A stretch of 30,959 bases of DNA from a virus (lineage: Duplodnaviria; Caudoviricetes): positions 1 through 30,959 of IMG/VR virus record IMGVR_UViG_3300017911_002547, one strand, 5' to 3'. Position 1 is the stretch's first letter; the number at the start of each line of letters is the position of its first letter. Position numbers and translations under genes: made by a program. The notes under the pieces were generated by a model. It was not told the origin of the DNA, searched no databases, and saw only the letters and a list, made by a program, of their open reading frames with translations. Shown here piece by piece: positions 25,983 to 30,959 of the stretch.

Positions 25983-28004
25983 TTAACAGGGGTTAGCGAG
26001 CAAATTTGTTGGCGGGGTGAAGCTGTCTGTGTATACTGCTTTTTTGCTGATGCGGAAGTCTTGTATTTGACCATTGTATTTACCTGAGTTTGAATTCAAA
26101 GATCCAATATTTAATTGGCCTGACACACTAGAATTCTGTACCACCTCTTGCCAACTTATATCTTTCACTCCATTGTGATATATTGTGTGAACACCGGAAT
26201 TTTTCACCCATGCCACATGAACCCATTGACCTAAAACAGGTACACGATTAGCGGGCACATGTTGTATATCAATATCAGTGGTGGATAATGAACTGCTTTG
26301 AACTCTAATTCCATTAATATCAATAGTGTATCTTGCATCAACTAGATGATTGTTTGTTACGTTCACATCACCTTGTATATGCTCAAATGCAAATAATGTT
26401 GATGTTGCTGTATCAAAATCAAAGGAATTAGGATTGTACCAAAATTCTATCGTGAAGTCTTGAGTAAGATTGATAAAACCATCGCTTATAGTCAAATAAT
26501 CACCATTTCCATCGAAATTGATTGTGCCGGCACCAAACAATGTTGTGGTGTTGTCCACTGTTGTGTCGCCTGTCACAGTGATCTGATGATTGTTGCCACT
26601 CTTGTCGGCGATAGTTTCTCCAGCAGCTGGTTGGATATGCAAAGTGACATCTTCACAAGCAGGTTCACTTGGTTCAACAAATGTGGCACATGTGTCATGC
26701 AATGTTGCTGGTGGGACAAAATTGCCAGTGTAAACTGCTTTTTTGCTGATGCGGAGGTCTTGTATGGCTCCACTGGAATAATTAGGAGTCACCCGATAAC
26801 CGATTGTGTGATCCTGAATTTTGTTGAAATTCCATGTGTTGAACGCGTCACTGGTTGCTACTTGCCGACCGTCGTACCAGATGCTACAACCAGTCGATGT
26901 TCTGATGAATGCCACGTGATGGAACTGCCCATCAAATTTAAACACTCCTGGATCGGTCTCCACCCGATTAGCAGCGTTGTCACCATGCATGTTGAAGCTG
27001 ATCATTCCAGGTGTATTAGAAGACACACCGAAGAACCAATCATCTAGCTGAGCAACACTACCATGAGGCAGATTTTGCAGTATGGTGAAATAATCTGATC
27101 CATCGCTTTTAATCCAAGCTTCTATGGTGAAGTCACTGGTACCAAACGCCAGTGTGTTGCTACTTGACACTGTCAAATAATCACCGGTGCCATCAAAATT
27201 GATTGTGTCACCGCCAAATAGTGTGGCAGTATTGTCTACAACTGCGTTGCCAACAGTTGTTACTGTGTGTTGGTTGCCACTCTTGTCGATAATTGTTTCT
27301 CCAGCAGCTGGTTGAAGATGTAAAGCTACTTGATCACAACTTGGTTGTAGAGTATCAATAAATGAAGCAATACTGCTATCATCAGGATCATAATCTAAGC
27401 TATTTTCCACGCCATCTCCATCACGATCACTGTCAACACTATCAACAATCGTATCAAGATCTTGATCGGCAGCATTCACATTCGCGAGAATATTGAGTTT
27501 GTAGCTTGTTGCTTGATCTGTTTCGCCAGTTGCAGGAAGTTCATCTGAGAACTGAAACGTAACCTGATAAAGCCCACTTGTGCCAGTTTCAGATACGTCA
27601 GATATCATCACTGCGATGATTGGATCATTCGCTGTTCCAATTAAAGTGGCTGTTACAGTAGGTTTTGCGACAAATGCTCGGCCAGCAAGCGTGATTGTTT
27701 GAACACTACTTCCTGCGCCTGTACTAAGATTTGAAGTTTCAAGAGAATATACTCCATTCTTGGATACATCCACAAGCATCGATTCTACCGAGCTTGTACC
27801 TGCGGCAAGGCTGGATACATCTGTATCAAACCCTGTGTCTCGCACTGCCAAACTAGAAATATCTTGTCCGATTTTAGTGGTAGATGTAATCTGTGTTAGA
27901 TCATCCCCGCTCACACTATTTATGATCAAGTTTCCTTGATCTGCGGTCAAGCGGATATTGTCCCCATCGACCGACAACTGTTCTGTACTCAATATTTTTG
28001 CCAT
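25983..28004 (-). CDS. Fibre/adhesin-like virion protein: shared N-terminal module, TSP3-like Asp-rich repeat and two LamG domains
   Basis: DQDLDTIVDSVDSDRDGDGVENSLDYDPDD; two repeats of LH.QPAAGETI.DKSGN...FDG.GDYL...DFTIE.W...HVA...IQD.RISKKAVYT..F.PP. Confidence 0.8.
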   Translation of the reverse strand: MAKILSTEQLSVDGDNIRLTADQGNLIINSVSGDDLTQITSTTKIGQDISSLAVRDTGFDTDVSSLAAGTSSVESMLVDVSKNGVYSLETSNLSTGAGSSVQTITLAGRAFVAKPTVTATLIGTANDPIIAVMISDVSETGTSGLYQVTFQFSDELPATGETDQATSYKLNILANVNAADQDLDTIVDSVDSDRDGDGVENSLDYDPDDSSIASFIDTLQPSCDQVALHLQPAAGETIIDKSGNQHTVTTVGNAVVDNTATLFGGDTINFDGTGDYLTVSSSNTLAFGTSDFTIEAWIKSDGSDYFTILQNLPHGSVAQLDDWFFGVSSNTPGMISFNMHGDNAANRVETDPGVFKFDGQFHHVAFIRTSTGCSIWYDGRQVATSDAFNTWNFNKIQDHTIGYRVTPNYSSGAIQDLRISKKAVYTGNFVPPATLHDTCATFVEPSEPACEDVTLHIQPAAGETIADKSGNNHQITVTGDTTVDNTTTLFGAGTINFDGNGDYLTISDGFINLTQDFTIEFWYNPNSFDFDTATSTLFAFEHIQGDVNVTNNHLVDARYTIDINGIRVQSSSLSTTDIDIQHVPANRVPVLGQWVHVAWVKNSGVHTIYHNGVKDISWQEVVQNSSVSGQLNIGSLNSNSGKYNGQIQDFRISKKAVYTDSFTPPTNLLANPC
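27706..28004. repeat. ~300-bp direct repeat, copy A (5' end of the 673-aa gene)
   Basis: Near-identical to 29520-29818 (offset 1814); 27833-27956 is an exact 124-bp match. Confidence 0.95.
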
Positions 28005-28006
28005 GA

Positions 28007-29071
28007 TTAATAATAAATTCTTGTAAAGTCTATAGTTTTGATTTCCCTTTTGGTGTTATTGAAGTCTCGAGCAACAAACATTTTTCCATCTCCACTGAAT
28101 GCTATACCGTTTATCCATCCGACTCGTGCACTCATGGCAGAACCTAGCATGATCCATTCGTCACTCGGATGGTCATAATAAAAGCATTTCAACTCATGAT
28201 TATCACCATCATATGTAGCGATTACATTTCCATCATCAGAAATAGCTAATTCCTCTATAGCCAAATATTCACTATTTAAATATTCTCCGTTGTTTGTTTT
28301 TACCCAAGAATTACTTGAGCTGTTGTATTTATGTATTTGTAGCCAGCCACTTGATGAAGTGCCCTGAATAACTATAGATGCAATTGTATCCAAGTTTTCG
28401 TTGACTATCCACCTTGTTCCACTTGAAGATAGTGCTTGTGAGAAATCCGGTAAGAAGGAACTTGTTGTAAAATTATCGTAATCCAATTCAAAAAATTCTA
28501 TTTTTCCCGAAGCGTAATCGTGAGAAGCAAGCCTAGAACCATCTTCGTTTAATATCAAGTTTCTGTCGTATATCCTAGTATAATTTCCTGAAAAAGTGAA
28601 TGTACCGCTTAAACTCCACGAATTGTTTGATAAATCAAAAACATGTAATTGTGGGGTTGCTGTAGTATGTGTTTTTATTGTTCCTACAACAATTCTTGTA
28701 TCGCTTAGTATTTTTACACTTCTCCAGATACCGCTATGATTTCCGATATAGGTCCATCCACTTGGTCTTTCTATGTCCGCCAATTGATCATAAGACCCGG
28801 TCGATGAATTTAATTTTTGAACACGAATAACATGTGGATGACTGGAACCACTTGCTGGATCATGATTGTATGCAATCATGCTAAAATCTGAATTTACCGC
28901 CCAAACATTGCTACTTCCGCCAGCATAATACATGCTAAATGTCGCATCGGTAGATACCGTACTGCCATTCAAAGATTTAATATTAATTGTTTGATTGGAA
29001 TTGGCTGAATTCATTGAATCTATAAATGCAAACTTACTTTTGTCCTCGCTAATAAAACTTTTTCTTTTCAT
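28007..29071 (-). CDS. Beta-propeller protein (about 7 blades), putative receptor-binding domain
   Basis: Blade motifs FISEDKSKFA, AVNSDFSMIA, ILSDTRIVV, ILNEDGSRLA, IVNENLDTIA, AISDDGNVIA, AFSGDGKMFV. Start is ATG 29071 or TTG 29086. Confidence 0.7.
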   Translation of the reverse strand: MKRKSFISEDKSKFAFIDSMNSANSNQTINIKSLNGSTVSTDATFSMYYAGGSSNVWAVNSDFSMIAYNHDPASGSSHPHVIRVQKLNSSTGSYDQLADIERPSGWTYIGNHSGIWRSVKILSDTRIVVGTIKTHTTATPQLHVFDLSNNSWSLSGTFTFSGNYTRIYDRNLILNEDGSRLASHDYASGKIEFFELDYDNFTTSSFLPDFSQALSSSGTRWIVNENLDTIASIVIQGTSSSGWLQIHKYNSSSNSWVKTNNGEYLNSEYLAIEELAISDDGNVIATYDGDNHELKCFYYDHPSDEWIMLGSAMSARVGWINGIAFSGDGKMFVARDFNNTKREIKTIDFTRIYY

Positions 29072-29101
29072 ATTATTTTTGTTCAAACATTTTTTATAAT
29101 T

Positions 29102-29818
29102 TTATGTTATGGATGCAAGGTTGGCCAAAATGCTCCAGTCTTCATTTTGGTCAATAGATACCGTTTTGTATTGACTGCTTGACTTTGTACCATCATCTGG
29201 ATATGCATCAAGTTCGTTTGGCACTCCGTCTCCGTCACGATCTCTATCTACTGCATCAACAATAGTATCAAAATCCTGATCTGAATTGTTTACGTTTGCA
29301 AGAATGTTTAATCTATAAGATGTCGCTTGATTATTTTCCCCAGAAACTGGTAATTCATCTGCAAATTGAAATGTAGCTTCATAAACCCCAGAAGTTGCGG
29401 TTTCGACTACATCAGTAATCACAAAAGGAATGATTGGATCATTCGCTCCGCCAAAAAGAGTTGCATCAATTGTTGGTTTTGATGTAAAAGATCGCCCAGA
29501 TAAAGTAATTGTTTGCACGCTACTTCCTGCGCCTGTACTAAGATTTGAAGTTTCAAGAGAATATACTCCATACTTGGATACATTCACGAGCATCGATTCT
29601 ACCGAGCTTGTACCTGCAGCAAGGCTGGATACATCTGTATCAAATTCTGTGTCTCGCACTGCCAAACTAGAAATATCTTGTCCGATTTTAGTGGTAGATG
29701 TAATCTGTGTTAGATCATCCCCGCTCACACTATTTATGATCAAGTTTCCTTGATCTGCGGTCAAGCGGATGTTATCCCCACTAACCGACAACTGTTCTGT
29801 GCGCAATATTTTTACCAT
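29102..29818 (-). CDS. Fibre N-terminal module protein, paralog of residues ~1-210 of the 673-aa protein
   Basis: Direct alignment with the paralog; ends with the same Asp-rich DRDGDGV.N.LD..PDD repeat. Confidence 0.8.
   Translation of the reverse strand: MVKILRTEQLSVSGDNIRLTADQGNLIINSVSGDDLTQITSTTKIGQDISSLAVRDTEFDTDVSSLAAGTSSVESMLVNVSKYGVYSLETSNLSTGAGSSVQTITLSGRSFTSKPTIDATLFGGANDPIIPFVITDVVETATSGVYEATFQFADELPVSGENNQATSYRLNILANVNNSDQDFDTIVDAVDRDRDGDGVPNELDAYPDDGTKSSSQYKTVSIDQNEDWSILANLASIT
29520..29818. repeat. ~300-bp direct repeat, copy B
   Basis: Near-identical to 27706-28004; exact match over 29647-29770. Confidence 0.95.
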
Positions 29819-29832
29819 ATCTATATATACAA
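29819..29832 (-). promoter_or_regulatory. Variant (TTGTA) putative late promoter
   Basis: TTGTA TATATAGAT ATG (9-nt spacing), immediately after the nrdB terminator. Confidence 0.45.
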
Positions 29833-29833
29833 C

Positions 29834-29878
29834 AAAAAAGCGGACCCTGGGAACTATTAAAACGCCCAGAACCCGCTT
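29834..29878 (-). terminator. Probable Rho-independent terminator after nrdB
   Basis: Minus strand AAGCGGGTTCTGGG-13 nt-CCCAGGGTCCGCTT TTTT (3 G-U pairs). Confidence 0.65.
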
Positions 29879-29908
29879 GTATACAGGGGTTCGCTATAAA
29901 AAAGTTTT

Positions 29909-30922
29909 TTAAAAATCGTCTTCTAGCGCACCACTTTGTTGGTATTCACGAACTCTTCTTTCGAAGAAATTACCCATAGCTTGTACATCCACAACCTCAC
30001 TAAGCCAAGGAAACGGATTCTTGTCGCTTGGAAAACGATAGTCAAGACCAATACCTTCTAGCCTACGATTGCCAATATAATGCATATAATCAACAAACAT
30101 ATCTGCATTCAATCCAAGAATACCAGTTGGTAAAACATCGTGTGCATATGCAATCTCAAGCTCCACAGCTTTTTTCATATGATCCACAAATTCTTGCTGA
30201 ATTTCTGCGGTCCAGATTTCTGGATTTTGTTCAATCAGAGTATTGATAAGATACGTGCCAAATGCAATGTGCGAGCTTTCATCACGCAGAGTATACTTGA
30301 TTTGATCAGAGATGCCCTGTAGCTTGTTTTGACGGCCAAGCGCAAGCAGCATAGCAAATCCGCTAAAGAAGAAGGTTCCTTCGCATACAATCCAATAGGT
30401 CAGAAAATTACGTAGAATTTCTTGCTTCCCTTCGATGCTATGAGCGTCAAAGTCTTGTCGACTAATATCGTTGGTAATTTGCATAAGAAAATCGTCCTTA
30501 GCCTTGATGCTAGGAATTGTTTCATATGCCGCAAAAACCTCTTCGATATCGAGGTCTAAACTGTCACAAATATATACTACTGTGAGATTGTGAAGGCTTT
30601 CTTCAAACGCTTGGCGCAAGATATACTGGCGGCACTCAGCGTCCGTAATATATCTAAAGGCGCTAAGCAAAAGATTATTACCAACCAAAGACTCAGATCC
30701 AGCAAAAAATCCAAGACAGCGTTTAACAAGTAATTTTTCATCGTCTGTAATTTCATCATTTTTCCATTGTTTAATATCAGATTGCATACTGATTTCAGTA
30801 GGCATCCAATTGTTAGCGCAACTTTTTAAGAATAAATCCCATGCAAATTTGTGTTTATGAGGTAAGATTCGATTTACACCTGCGATGTTCTCGGTGAGAA
30901 GTTCTCCTGTTTTAGTTTCCAT
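29909..30922 (-). CDS. nrdB: Ribonucleotide reductase beta subunit with class Ic (R2c, Mn/Fe) signature
   Basis: NNWMPTE, FFAGSESLVGNN, RQAFEESLH, EGTFFFSGF, RDESSH, NPFPW, NFFERRVREY. Confidence 0.93.
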   Translation of the reverse strand: METKTGELLTENIAGVNRILPHKHKFAWDLFLKSCANNWMPTEISMQSDIKQWKNDEITDDEKLLVKRCLGFFAGSESLVGNNLLLSAFRYITDAECRQYILRQAFEESLHNLTVVYICDSLDLDIEEVFAAYETIPSIKAKDDFLMQITNDISRQDFDAHSIEGKQEILRNFLTYWIVCEGTFFFSGFAMLLALGRQNKLQGISDQIKYTLRDESSHIAFGTYLINTLIEQNPEIWTAEIQQEFVDHMKKAVELEIAYAHDVLPTGILGLNADMFVDYMHYIGNRRLEGIGLDYRFPSDKNPFPWLSEVVDVQAMGNFFERRVREYQQSGALEDDF

Positions 30923-30928
30923 GTTTAT

Positions 30929-30957
30929 AATATATCAAATATGTATAACGTTGTCAA
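30929..30957 (-). promoter_or_regulatory. sigma70-type promoter with extended -10, probably leaderless
   Basis: TTGACA-17 nt-TATATT preceded by TG; 6 nt to ATG 30922. Confidence 0.75.
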
Positions 30958-30959
30958 TG

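Noticed and set aside
27706-29818. Diversity-generating retroelement or invertible shufflon at the duplicated fibre segment
   Set aside because: The repeats are direct and N-terminal, mismatches are not adenine-specific, and no reverse transcriptase or site-specific recombinase is in the window.
1546-30759. Many short antisense or alternate-frame ORFs in the track (e.g. 13735-14244, 21681-22184, 26460-27047)
   Set aside because: They are shadows of well-supported genes, with no motifs or expression signals.
1-30959. Alternative genetic code, tRNA genes, introns or inteins
   Set aside because: Conserved genes are full-length under the standard code with all three stops in use. No cloverleaf was seen in the short intergenic gaps, and RecA, DnaB and NrdB have normal lengths.

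Overview
An AT-rich, densely coded segment of a large tailed dsDNA phage. The host is probably a Gram-negative aquatic bacterium; a Verrucomicrobia/PVC-like host is suggested but not proven. Left to right the window holds: (1) a minus-strand block with a probable portal, two DUF2827-like paralogs and a GT25 fusion that runs off the window; (2) a divergent intergenic region with a perfect 26-bp palindrome; (3) a plus-strand replication/recombination block (RecA/UvsX, PD-(D/E)XK nucleases, DnaB, DnaG-like primase, Nudix); (4) a glycan block (2x GT2, GT6, ParB-like, SAM methyltransferase, GT11, Gmd, Fcl); (5) virion-type proteins and an HNH gene; (6) a minus-strand block with an RNR beta subunit bearing the class Ic signature, two fibre-like paralogs sharing a near-identical 5' end, a beta-propeller, Hsp20 and an outer-membrane beta-barrel. 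The main highlight is a co-located GDP-fucose + GT11 + GT6 set, the enzyme logic of ABO/H blood-group-type glycan synthesis. Also notable are a recurring GTGTA putative late-promoter motif, leaderless sigma70 promoters, a sigma54-like site, a candidate sRNA and an in-frame split fibre/propeller gene. All family calls come from motif recognition by eye; no database search was run.
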